From Candidatus Nealsonbacteria bacterium RIFOXYB1_FULL_40_15 (GTDB lineage: Bacteria > Patescibacteriota > Minisyncoccia > Minisyncoccales > GWA2-38-27): 64,000 nt of DNA. The notes below the pieces were generated by a model, which ran no database searches, was not told the DNA's origin, and saw nothing but the letters and a program-made list of their open reading frames with translations. Shown here one piece after another: positions 56,643 through 64,000 of the stretch. The translations under genes and the position numbers were made by a program. The number at the start of each line of letters is the position of its first letter. The first letter of the stretch is position 1. The DNA lies in contig MHMM01000004.1 in NCBI GenBank assembly GCA_001821555.1, positions 47,525 to 111,524 on the forward strand. Direction: 5' to 3'.

Positions 56643-57563
56643 CTAAGCCCTTCTTTTCATATCCCGCAGAACCAACTTTGTTGGCCGGCAGGGATGCCGA
56701 AGAAATAAGCCGCCAAAACTCACCGCGTCAGCCCCCATTTCTTCTGCCGCCTCAATATCCCCGAGTTTCCACATACTGGGAAATATCACGCGAATATCCG
56801 TTGAATTCTTCAGATGGCATGCAAAATCCCAGGTATGCCTTTGGGCAAGCTTGCCCGAGACTCCGCCTCCACCAAACCTATCTAGAGAGCTCTTGCGATC
56901 CGGAAAAATATTCCCCCACCGGACACTATTAATGGAAAGCGCGCCGATTCCTATCCCCCTGATATTCGGCAGAATTTCCGGAGTATAATGAGCAGTAGAA
57001 AGTTTAAGTATAAGAGGCAAGCTTGTTGCTTCTTTTGCCGCTTCGCAAATTTCCACCACTCTTCTTGCGTTGGCAAGCTCGGACAAAGTATTCGGGCATG
57101 AGACGTTTAACTCAAGCCCTAAAAGCTTACCGGAAAAAAGCATTTCTAGAGTTCTCGCCATAATAGCAATTTGTTTCGGAGCATCTCCAGAGTCCGAAAA
57201 AATAGACGGAACTATGGGAAGCGGGCATCCCCTGATCCCAAAATCAGCCATCCACTCAATAAACCCGCCATTCCTCAACCCGTAAGCATTGACTGTTCCC
57301 GCACATTGCAAGAAACCCCGTAACCCGGCATTGCCGTTATAATCCAGGAATTTGATTGTTTCCCATGGTTTCCGCCATCGGAAGTTTCCTTCTCTTGGGA
57401 AAAGCGTTACCGTTTTGCCAACAACGACAAAAAGGTCCGGCCTGATCATGTCCGCCCAGATCAAAGGCCTGTCCCACAGCCAGCCGGTTCCCCAGTTTCC
57501 CAATGCCCCGCTTGCCGCAAAATACTTGTACGGCCCCCTATCGCCTAGCATTATACCCTTCAT
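56643..57563 (-). CDS. Dihydroorotate dehydrogenase-like FMN protein
   Basis: AASG, KT.T..PR.GN, N..GL.N.G, LNVSCPN, GGVSG motifs. Confidence 0.8.
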   Translation of the reverse strand: MKGIMLGDRGPYKYFAASGALGNWGTGWLWDRPLIWADMIRPDLFVVVGKTVTLFPREGNFRWRKPWETIKFLDYNGNAGLRGFLQCAGTVNAYGLRNGGFIEWMADFGIRGCPLPIVPSIFSDSGDAPKQIAIMARTLEMLFSGKLLGLELNVSCPNTLSELANARRVVEICEAAKEATSLPLILKLSTAHYTPEILPNIRGIGIGALSINSVRWGNIFPDRKSSLDRFGGGGVSGKLAQRHTWDFACHLKNSTDIRVIFPSMWKLGDIEAAEEMGADAVSFGGLFLRHPCRPTKLVLRDMKRRA

Positions 57564-57786
57564 ATCAAGCCTCCAATCTATGATTTTCAGTTTTTAACGT
57601 GCTTAAAGAACAACGAACACTATAGTTCCTTTTAGCAAAATAAGCCCTGCGAGGCAATAACGTAAAACACATAGACAGAAACAGCATAAAAAATGGCGAG
57701 TAAAAAAACTTGCCGGCGATTAAACCCACGATCGTGAGTTTAGTCGACAACCCTATTGTTCGTAAGGATTTGTGTAAAAACCTATA

Positions 57787-58347
57787 TCAGACGAAGGAAG
57801 GAGGGTTTTGGCTCCGAACAACTTTCAGTGCGTTCCCCCACCAGATCAACTGATTAAGAAACAAATCGGCCGGCTTCTGAATTAAATCAAAATTATCCGA
57901 AAAATCCTTGATGTTCAATGAATTTCTTATCGGGAACATCTGCAACTCGATAGAAACTTGCCTTAACTGCTCCACCGAACGTGCCCCCTCTACGCTTCCC
58001 CAACTTACAAATCCGACCGGTTTATTGTTCCATTCAAAATAAAGCCAGTCCAAAGCGTTTTTTAAAACTGCCGGATACCCATGGTTATACTCCGGAGTAA
58101 CAATAATATACGCGTCCGCGGACGCTATCTTTTTAGACCATTCTTTGACTATGGAATCTTTATACCTGCCGGCAAGGGCGATCGGAGGAAATTCGTCGCT
58201 ATAAAAAGGCAATGGCCAATCCCTCAAATCAAGGATCTCCGCCTCCGCGTCATTTCTTTTTCGAACTGCGTCATATATCCATTTCGCCGGCTTTTCGCTG
58301 AACCTGTTTTTTCTAGTGCTGGCGATTATAACGCTTATTTTCAACAT
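57787..58347 (-). CDS. NAD(P)H-dependent FMN reductase
   Basis: STR..RFS, TPEYNHGYPAVLKNALDW motifs. Confidence 0.93.
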   Translation of the reverse strand: MLKISVIIASTRKNRFSEKPAKWIYDAVRKRNDAEAEILDLRDWPLPFYSDEFPPIALAGRYKDSIVKEWSKKIASADAYIIVTPEYNHGYPAVLKNALDWLYFEWNNKPVGFVSWGSVEGARSVEQLRQVSIELQMFPIRNSLNIKDFSDNFDLIQKPADLFLNQLIWWGNALKVVRSQNPPSFV

Positions 58348-58423
58348 ACCGCCATTCTAAATCCGTTCTCCTGAAAACAAAATGAATATGCCAAACGGCA
58401 TATAATTTTGCCTTTTTGCATGT

Positions 58424-59008
58424 TTAAGATTCTTTAAGATACTTTACTAATTCTTTAGCTCCCAGGGTTCTATGAAGAATTTTGTCTTTTTCTTCATCTG
58501 TCAATTCAGAATAGTACTTGTTAAAATCCAGGGATATAAATATGGCGTCGTAGCCAAATCCCCCAACATCTTTGGGCTCATAAGCTATTTTACCTTCTAT
58601 TGATTTTTCGTATGTCCAGAATTCTTTATTTTCTGGATTATAGAAAGCCAGGGCTCCGATGTATCTGCAACTTCTTTTATCTTCTCCTCTCATTCTTTCC
58701 AGAATCATCATATACCTGTCTTTTTCTGTTCCTGCATGCCATCTCTTGGCGTGAACACCCGGTTCTCCATTCAATGCATCAATAAATAATCCGGTATCGT
58801 CTGCCAGAGTAGGAAGATTAGATTTTTCTGCATAATATTTTGCTTTCTTTTTGGCATTATCTATCAAAGTATTGCCGTCTTCTTTAATATCATCTTTTAT
58901 TCCCGCATCTTTTAAAGACAAAAGTTCTGATTCAAAATTCAGATTGTTAAAAATCCTCCTAAACTGCCTTAATTTATTCTCATTATTAGTTCCAACTAGA
59001 ATCTTCAT
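58424..59008 (-). CDS. rdgB: Non-canonical purine NTP pyrophosphatase (RdgB/HAM1)
   Basis: TNN.NK, ADDTGL.IDAL.GEPGV, GFGYD.IF, HR motifs. Confidence 0.9.
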   Translation of the reverse strand: MKILVGTNNENKLRQFRRIFNNLNFESELLSLKDAGIKDDIKEDGNTLIDNAKKKAKYYAEKSNLPTLADDTGLFIDALNGEPGVHAKRWHAGTEKDRYMMILERMRGEDKRSCRYIGALAFYNPENKEFWTYEKSIEGKIAYEPKDVGGFGYDAIFISLDFNKYYSELTDEEKDKILHRTLGAKELVKYLKES

Positions 59009-59155
59009 TGTCGCGCAAACGATTTATTAATGGTTTGTGGAAATTGAGAGAAATTCAGGGTCAAAGCCATTATTCTTCTCAGCCCCGACGCTATTTTTAG
59101 AAAAAGGCACCCGATCCCTGCTTCTCTTTTTCTAACCCCTTTTTCCTTTTTCCTT

Positions 59156-59854
59156 TCATATGTTTTTATAAATAACGTCTTTTCTCTCCACGACAACTTC
59201 CCATCCATTCCGTTTGGCATGGTTATAAAGATTCTGGTTGGGGTTAAAGCAAATCGGTTTCTCAACCATTTTCAAAAAAGAAATATCTGTTTCGGTGTCT
59301 CCCACGCCAACTGATCCTCTTAGGGTCAAGTTTTCTTTCTCAACGGCACGCTCCAAAATTTTATCTTTATTTTCAATAAGATCCGCGTACAAAACCTTTC
59401 CGGTAAACTTGCCGTTTTCAATCTCCAAAACCCGGCCATAAGCTTTGTCAAAACCCAATTTTTCAGCAAATCCTTTGACAGCACTATAAGGCGAGCCCGA
59501 AATTGCCAGAACAAAATAATTTTTCTTCTTTAGTTTTTTAATTAAGTCTATTGTATATTTATAATTCCTCTCTCCATGAAAAGAGATAACCTTTCTGCTG
59601 ATTTTTGAAAAATCCTTATACCCGGCTCCCTTTATATTCTTAACAAAGGCCTCAATAACCGCGTTTAAATACTCTTGATAGGAGCCCTTTCTGTTGAGCC
59701 AGTTATCAAAAGCCCGCTTGTATGTTTCTCTTGCCTTGGAAGCAAAAACCCCTTCTTGGATAAGAGCATCTGTTAACTCTATCAACAAGCTGGACCTAAA
59801 AATCGTCCCGTCAATATCAAATACTGCCACCCTCTTTTTACTTAGTTTTTCCAT
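59156..59854 (-). CDS. HAD-IB family hydrolase (SerB-like)
   Basis: FDIDGT, ISGS, GDTETD...NP motifs. Confidence 0.9.
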   Translation of the reverse strand: MEKLSKKRVAVFDIDGTIFRSSLLIELTDALIQEGVFASKARETYKRAFDNWLNRKGSYQEYLNAVIEAFVKNIKGAGYKDFSKISRKVISFHGERNYKYTIDLIKKLKKKNYFVLAISGSPYSAVKGFAEKLGFDKAYGRVLEIENGKFTGKVLYADLIENKDKILERAVEKENLTLRGSVGVGDTETDISFLKMVEKPICFNPNQNLYNHAKRNGWEVVVERKDVIYKNI

Positions 59855-59927
59855 AATCTATCATTTAAAAATGGCTCCTAGTGCCATTTTTCTCATTAAT
59901 TTTCTTTACACTTCCATCTTTAAATTT

Positions 59928-59965
59928 GGTAATATGTTTTTTCCATATGGAAAAAACATATTACC
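59928..59965. repeat. Perfect 38-bp palindrome
   Basis: GGTAATATGTTTTTTCCATATGGAAAAAACATATTACC equals its own reverse complement. Confidence 0.9.
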
Positions 59966-60199
59966 TTGTTTGTTCCTCTCGAAAAAAGTACCTGACCCCT
60001 TTTTCTCATAATACTTCTTGCTCTCCTATTTTTAATCTTTTGTTTAATTTAGCTTTTTTTGACAGAAAATAAAAGACCTGCAATCAAGGGCGGGAAATAA
60101 AAAAGCGCTCATCCCTGAACGCGCGGCGAACGTTATTAAAATGAATTGGAGACTTCTCTGTACTGGTTCTGTTTCAAAATGTGGATTATCCTTTGAGAG

Positions 60200-60238
60200 A
60201 AAAATAAAGAGGGTCCCGCATTAGCTATTCGGGACCCC
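60200..60238 (-). terminator. Intrinsic terminator closing the pseudoknot-array RNA
   Basis: GGGTCCCG/CGGGACCC stem followed by TCTTTATTTTT. Confidence 0.75.
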
Positions 60239-60426
60239 TGTGCTCTGTCCTTCCTCTCAGAGACCGGAGCCGTCTTCTAAGAGACCTAACTGTTATTGGC
60301 TGGAAACCCGTTAGGCGGCTACTTCCAGTCATCCACTGTCATTCCTGCGAAGGCCGTGGACGCATTCTCGCAGAACCTAGCTGTCATCCTTCTGTTGAAG
60401 CCCGCTAGGCGACTTCTCTGTTTAAT
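60200..60426 (-). ncRNA. Candidate structured ncRNA: four tandem H-type pseudoknots
   Basis: Four ~44-nt units (hairpin, ACA linker, loop-complementary strand) with compensatory changes; own promoter and terminator. Confidence 0.7.
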
Positions 60427-60432
60427 GTCTTT

Positions 60433-60460
60433 ATTATATAATTTTGATATTATTTGTCAA
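60433..60460 (-). promoter_or_regulatory. Consensus sigma70 promoter of the candidate ncRNA
   Basis: TTGACA-N16-TATAAT on the minus strand. Confidence 0.7.
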
Positions 60461-60507
60461 TACCTTACGGCAACTTAGCAACACCTTGGAGTTCCTTATT
60501 TTGGGGC

Positions 60508-60587
60508 GTCGCGCAATAAATTTGCTTTGCAAATTTAAACGCGACAGCCACGTTTAAATTTTGCCTAAAGCAAAATTTATTACGTGG
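60508..60587 (-). repeat. tRNA 3'-end double-hairpin repeat (after the duplicated tRNA-Ser end)
   Basis: 40-nt core 60548-60587 identical to 61091-61130 and 61262-61301. Confidence 0.92.
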
Positions 60588-60604
60588 CGGAGGGGGTGAG
60601 ACTC
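60585..60604 (-). repeat. Duplicated 3' end of tRNA-Ser (att-like)
   Basis: 18-bp direct repeat 60587-60604 = 60709-60726; this copy ends in CCA. Confidence 0.85.
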
Positions 60605-60709
60605 CTCTCGCTCCGACTCGAGCCGGGGCGCTGCGCGCTCTCGCGCCCTTCGAGTCTTTCCATTTATCATTATTTCAACGTGTCCAGAAGGATACGCTGA
60701 AATAATATG

Positions 60710-60794
60710 CGGAGGGGGTGAGACTCGAACTCACGAATCCCCGAAGGGATTCCGGTTTTCAAGACCGGTGCAATAGCCGCTATGCGACCCCTCC
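60710..60794 (-). tRNA. tRNA-Ser(TGA)
   Basis: CCGGT-CTTGAAA-ACCGG; long variable arm; G73. Confidence 0.95.
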
Positions 60795-61040
60795 AAAATA
60801 TTTATTAAGAAGCTTCTTTATAGTCTTTCTACCATAACCACTTTTTAAATAAATTTCCCTATTCTCGGCATCATTTTTATTTAAAAAAGCTTCGTAAAAA
60901 ACTAATTTGTATGGTTTTTTAAGTTTTGTTGCTAAGCTTTTGCCTTTGTTATGCTCATTCAATCTTCTTTTTAAATTAGAGGTGTAGCCTATGTAAAAGC
61001 TATTATCAATCTTGCTTTGCAAAATATACGTATAAAACAT
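60780..61040 (-). CDS. Small GIY-YIG nuclease (UPF0213/SLX1-like), 86 aa
   Basis: YTYILQS...YIGYT.NLKRR..EHN.G...YEAF...RE.YLKSG.GR. Confidence 0.9.
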   Translation of the reverse strand: MFYTYILQSKIDNSFYIGYTSNLKRRLNEHNKGKSLATKLKKPYKLVFYEAFLNKNDAENREIYLKSGYGRKTIKKLLNKYFGGVA

Positions 61041-61048
61041 AATCGGGC

Positions 61049-61130
61049 GTCGCGTAATAAATTTTCTTTAAGAAAATTTAAACGCGACAGCCACGTTTAA
61101 ATTTTGCCTAAAGCAAAATTTATTACGTGG
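61049..61130 (-). repeat. tRNA 3'-end double-hairpin repeat (after tRNA-Asp)
   Basis: Identical 40-nt core plus a second hairpin GTCGCG...CGCGAC. Confidence 0.92.
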
Positions 61131-61205
61131 CGGGCCCGATGGGATTTGAACCCACGATCTTCTCCGTGACAGGGAGACGACAACTCCAGGCTTGTCCACG
61201 GGCCC
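61128..61205 (-). tRNA. tRNA-Asp(GTC)
   Basis: TCTCC-CTGTCAC-GGAGA; CCA encoded. Confidence 0.95.
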
Positions 61206-61220
61206 AATAATTGAAAAAGT

Positions 61221-61301
61221 GAGACGTAAAAATTTTCTTATAAGAAAATTTAACGGCTCTACCACGTTTAAATTTTGCCTAAAGCAAAATTTATTACGTG
61301 G
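61221..61301 (-). repeat. tRNA 3'-end double-hairpin repeat (after tRNA-Met)
   Basis: Identical 40-nt core plus a diverged second hairpin. Confidence 0.9.
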
Positions 61302-61374
61302 TGCCGGCGGAGGGATTCGAACCCCCGACCCAAGGATTATGATTCCTTTGCTACTACCGCTGAGCTACGCCGGC
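61299..61374 (-). tRNA. tRNA-Met(CAT), probably elongator (Ile2 not excluded)
   Basis: AAGGA-ATCATAA-TCCTT; G1-C72; CCA encoded. Confidence 0.88.
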
Positions 61375-61383
61375 ATACTAATG

Positions 61384-61454
61384 TTGCGGGACCGGGAGTT
61401 GCACCCAGGTCTCGAGGTTATGGGCCTCGCGAGATACTACTTCTCCATCCCGCA
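61384..61454 (-). tRNA. Initiator-type tRNA-Met(CAT)
   Basis: TGCGGGA/TCCCGCA acceptor (weak U1-A72), A11-U24, anticodon loop CCCATAA. Confidence 0.85.
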
Positions 61455-61492
61455 AACCCATTCTAATATAGATTGGCTTTTAGGTCAACAAG

Positions 61493-62014
61493 CTATATCA
61501 TTTCAAGTTCTGACAACGCCTGCTCATAAACCCTCACCATATTCGCGGCCTGGTCTTTTGTGAGATGACGGCTTGGATCATGGACTATGCTGTTCCTTAT
61601 CTCATGGACTTCTTTGACCCTGTCTATGCTTGGAAGAATTTTTGAATCAATCTGTTTGAGTATATCATTCAACATCTCTCCTTCGTAGCCCATTTTCTGA
61701 AGGACTTCTTTCAGAAACTCATCTATTTCAATCACAGCCATCTTGTATTCGGATTCTTTCCCTGCAGAAAGCTTCTTATGCGCTGATTCAAGCTTTTTGA
61801 ACTTGGTTTTCATTCCTAACGGCCTTGATGAAAAAAATTCAGTATACCTTTCCGTAAAACGGAATTTAAACCAGTTAGTTCTTAGAATAAGTATTATTAT
61901 AGCCGAAAGAAGAATAATAGATAAAACAATAAAAATATTCCTCACAACGGGAATAAATCCTAGGGCTGCGGGCATATAAGAAGCAAACAGATTATAAAGC
62001 TCTTGCTCTGTCAT
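61493..62014 (-). CDS. Hypothetical membrane-anchored protein
   Basis: N-terminal TM; K.AVIE.D..L...L...GY.G...H..RN.IVH helical domain. Confidence 0.8.
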   Translation of the reverse strand: MTEQELYNLFASYMPAALGFIPVVRNIFIVLSIILLSAIIILILRTNWFKFRFTERYTEFFSSRPLGMKTKFKKLESAHKKLSAGKESEYKMAVIEIDEFLKEVLQKMGYEGEMLNDILKQIDSKILPSIDRVKEVHEIRNSIVHDPSRHLTKDQAANMVRVYEQALSELEMI

Positions 62015-63417
62015 TCTAATAATTTAGCTATTTGAAACAACTTTGATTCTTCAAAATAATTTCCCAATATTTGAAGCCCCACAGGAAGCCCCTTTGTCTT
62101 GAGGGGAACAGAAAGGGCAGGAATGCCCGCAAGGTTTGCAGATATAGTAAATATGTCCGAAAGATACATTGAAAGCGGATCCTGCGTTTTCTCTCCTATT
62201 TTAAAGGCGACTGTCGGAGAAACGGGCGTAAATATCGCATCCACTTTCTTAAAGGATTTTTCAAAGTCCTCTTTTATCCCTGTCCTCACTTTTTGGGATT
62301 TTAGATAATAAGCATCATAATATCCTGAAGATAAGGCAAAAGTTCCAAGCATTATTCTTCTCTTTACTTCAGCTCCAAATCCCTTTGCCCTGGTGTTAAA
62401 ATAAACTTCCGAGAGATTTTCCCCTTTTTCAGAAAGCCCGTATTTTATCCCGTCGTATCTTGCAAGGTTGCAAGAAGCTTCGCAGGTAGATACCATATAG
62501 TAAACAGAAAGGGCGTACTTGGTATTAGGAAGGCTTATTTCCTCCACCCTGCCTCCCATATCTTCTATTTTTTTAATTGCTGATTCTATCGCACTGACTA
62601 CTTCCCTTTCTATCCCCTTTTTTGCTTCGGAACCAAAGTATTCTTTAGGAATTCCAATTTTAAGCTTTTTGAAATCTATTTCTCCATTTTCTTCCATTTC
62701 TATGCTTGTAGAATCCTTTTTATCTTTTCCTTTTATGGCATTAAAAAGGATTTTTGCGTCTTCAGCATTCTTTGCCAAGGGGCCTATCTGGTCCAAAGAA
62801 GAAGCAAAAGCGATAAGGCCGTATCTAGAAACAGCTCCATAGGTCGGCTTTAGTCCAAAAACTCCGCAGAAAGAAGCTGGCTGCCTTATAGATCCTCCCG
62901 TATCAGATCCCAAGGCGCAACAACAAAGTCCCGCCGAAACTGCTGCCGCAGATCCTCCCGAGCTCCCTCCCGGAACCCTAGATTTATCTTTGGGATTTTT
63001 AGTGGTCTTGAAAGCGGAGTTTTCGGTAGAAGATCCCATTGCAAATTCATCCAGATTTGTTTTTCCTAAAACAACAGCTCCTTCTTCTTTTATTCTTTTG
63101 ACACAAGAGGCGTCATAAGGAGAAATATAGTTTTTGAGCATAAAAGAGGATGCAGTGCTTTTTAGCCCCTCCACTAGAATATTATCCTTAACTGCCACAG
63201 GAACCCCAGCCAAAGAAGGAATATCCAGGCCTTCTGAAATTAAATTATCTATCTTATCCGCCTGATTTAAGGCAGTTTCTTTTGCAAGCTCAAGATAGCA
63301 TCCAAGCTCTGAATCTTCTTTTTCTATTTTTTTAAAATAGAAATCGGACAATTCTTTAGCTGAAAACCTCCTCCCCTTAAGCCCCTCTCTTATTCCTTTT
63401 ATGGTTAAGCTATCCAT
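62011..63417 (-). CDS. gatA: Asp/Glu-tRNA amidotransferase subunit A
   Basis: KTNLDEFAMGSS, PGGSSGGS, SDTGGSIRQPA, NLARYDG motifs. Confidence 0.98.
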   Translation of the reverse strand: MDSLTIKGIREGLKGRRFSAKELSDFYFKKIEKEDSELGCYLELAKETALNQADKIDNLISEGLDIPSLAGVPVAVKDNILVEGLKSTASSFMLKNYISPYDASCVKRIKEEGAVVLGKTNLDEFAMGSSTENSAFKTTKNPKDKSRVPGGSSGGSAAAVSAGLCCCALGSDTGGSIRQPASFCGVFGLKPTYGAVSRYGLIAFASSLDQIGPLAKNAEDAKILFNAIKGKDKKDSTSIEMEENGEIDFKKLKIGIPKEYFGSEAKKGIEREVVSAIESAIKKIEDMGGRVEEISLPNTKYALSVYYMVSTCEASCNLARYDGIKYGLSEKGENLSEVYFNTRAKGFGAEVKRRIMLGTFALSSGYYDAYYLKSQKVRTGIKEDFEKSFKKVDAIFTPVSPTVAFKIGEKTQDPLSMYLSDIFTISANLAGIPALSVPLKTKGLPVGLQILGNYFEESKLFQIAKLLE

Positions 63418-63694
63418 TTAAAATTGCTTTGACTTTGATATGCCTTCCTTCCTTGTCGGGAAAAAGACTGATTATATTTTCAACTCTTTCTGGACTTTCC
63501 CCTGAAGGAATATCCTCTCTGAATACATTTCCAATGAATTTTTCTGAAGGATGAAATGTAGGATCTTTCTTGGAATTTGCTTTTTTAAGGACATTAAAAT
63601 AGTCCAAAATAGAAGAAAGCTCTTTCTCCAGTTTTTCTGTTTCTTCCTTCAAAAGCCCGATCCTTGCAAGTTTTGCTATATTTTCTACTTTCAT
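63410..63694 (-). CDS. gatC: Asp/Glu-tRNA amidotransferase subunit C
   Basis: IAKLARI...L..ILDYF..L...FRED; directly upstream of gatA. Confidence 0.92.
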   Translation of the reverse strand: MKVENIAKLARIGLLKEETEKLEKELSSILDYFNVLKKANSKKDPTFHPSEKFIGNVFREDIPSGESPERVENIISLFPDKEGRHIKVKAILNG

Positions 63695-64000
63695 TATTTA
63701 GGAGCTGAAAGCTCGCGATCCTCTGAAATAACGTCCTGAAGAGCGTCAAGGTTTTCTAGAACCATGCCCGCGCCCCTCACTACTGCAGTCATAGGATCCT
63801 CTATTATTCTTACCGGCATCTTTGTTTCCTGCTGGATCAAAACATCAAGTCCCTTCAAAAGACTCCCTCCCCCCGAAAGGAAAATTCCCTTTGTCATAAT
63901 ATCAGCCAAGAGCTCCGGAGGAGTCTCTTCCACTGTTGTTTTTACAGCCGAAATTATTCTTTTTACCGATTTTTCCATCGCCCTTCTTATCTCCTCGTCA
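63694..64000 (-). CDS. mreB: Rod shape-determining protein MreB, 3' part (5' end outside the window)
   Basis: E.TPPELLADI..KGI.LSGGGSLL.GLD...DPMTAVVRG.G. Confidence 0.92.
   Translation of the reverse strand, partial: DEEIRRAMEKSVKRIISAVKTTVEETPPELLADIMTKGIFLSGGGSLLKGLDVLIQQETKMPVRIIEDPMTAVVRGAGMVLENLDALQDVISEDRELSAPK

Noticed and set aside
57565-57750. 61-aa ORF upstream of the DHODH-like gene
   Set aside because: TTG start, no SD or motif; more likely promoter or leader DNA.
59005-59265. 86-aa ORF between the HAD hydrolase and rdgB
   Set aside because: It overlaps the HAD gene out of frame and has no motif; the 150-bp gap may be a remnant but cannot be called.
59854-60200. Type III toxin gene downstream of the pseudoknot array
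   Set aside because: No intact ORF of suitable size follows the terminator, so a complete type III TA system cannot be claimed.
60200-60426. Four-pseudoknot RNA as tmRNA, RNase P RNA or a fluoride or guanidine-III riboswitch
   Set aside because: It has no tRNA-like domain or tag frame and no RNase P P4 motifs. The loop and linker consensus does not match those riboswitches as I recall them. An Rfam scan is still needed.
60508-61301. Identical 40-nt palindromic repeats read as a CRISPR array
   Set aside because: Spacing is irregular, the intervening sequences are tRNA genes and an ORF, and there are no cas genes in the window.

Overview
A 64-kb, gene-dense, AT-rich bacterial chromosome segment. 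Gene content suggests Patescibacteria/CPR, probably Parcubacteria (inference): rplK without rplA, a TM-anchored Clp ATPase, a tRNA-adjacent HTH-LAGLIDADG ORF and a large Cys-rich FN3/LamG surface protein. Most of it is housekeeping: dnaB (intein end), recR, the mraZ-rsmH-ftsL-ftsI cluster, ribosomal proteins, trmD/rnc/nusB/rnhB, dnaE, thrS, miaAB, gatABC, gyrB, nusG/secE, mreB, and nine tRNA genes. The unusual signals are mainly non-coding. (1) A stand-alone ~225-nt transcript at 60.2-60.46 kb has its own consensus promoter and terminator and is built from four tandem ~44-nt H-type pseudoknots that differ in sequence but covary in structure. (2) A hairpin repeat begins at, and supplies, the CCA of tRNA genes. 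(3) A 70-aa GIY-YIG nuclease gene is bracketed by 17-bp inverted repeats, with an empty copy 40 kb away. (4) Several other palindromic insertions occur, and two endonuclease ORFs have their stop codons inside tRNA genes. Notable proteins are a single-chain mitochondrial-type PheRS and a thymidylate island carrying a nucleotidyltransferase, two HIT paralogs and a deaminase with an extra N-terminal domain. All calls are by eye; no searches were run.
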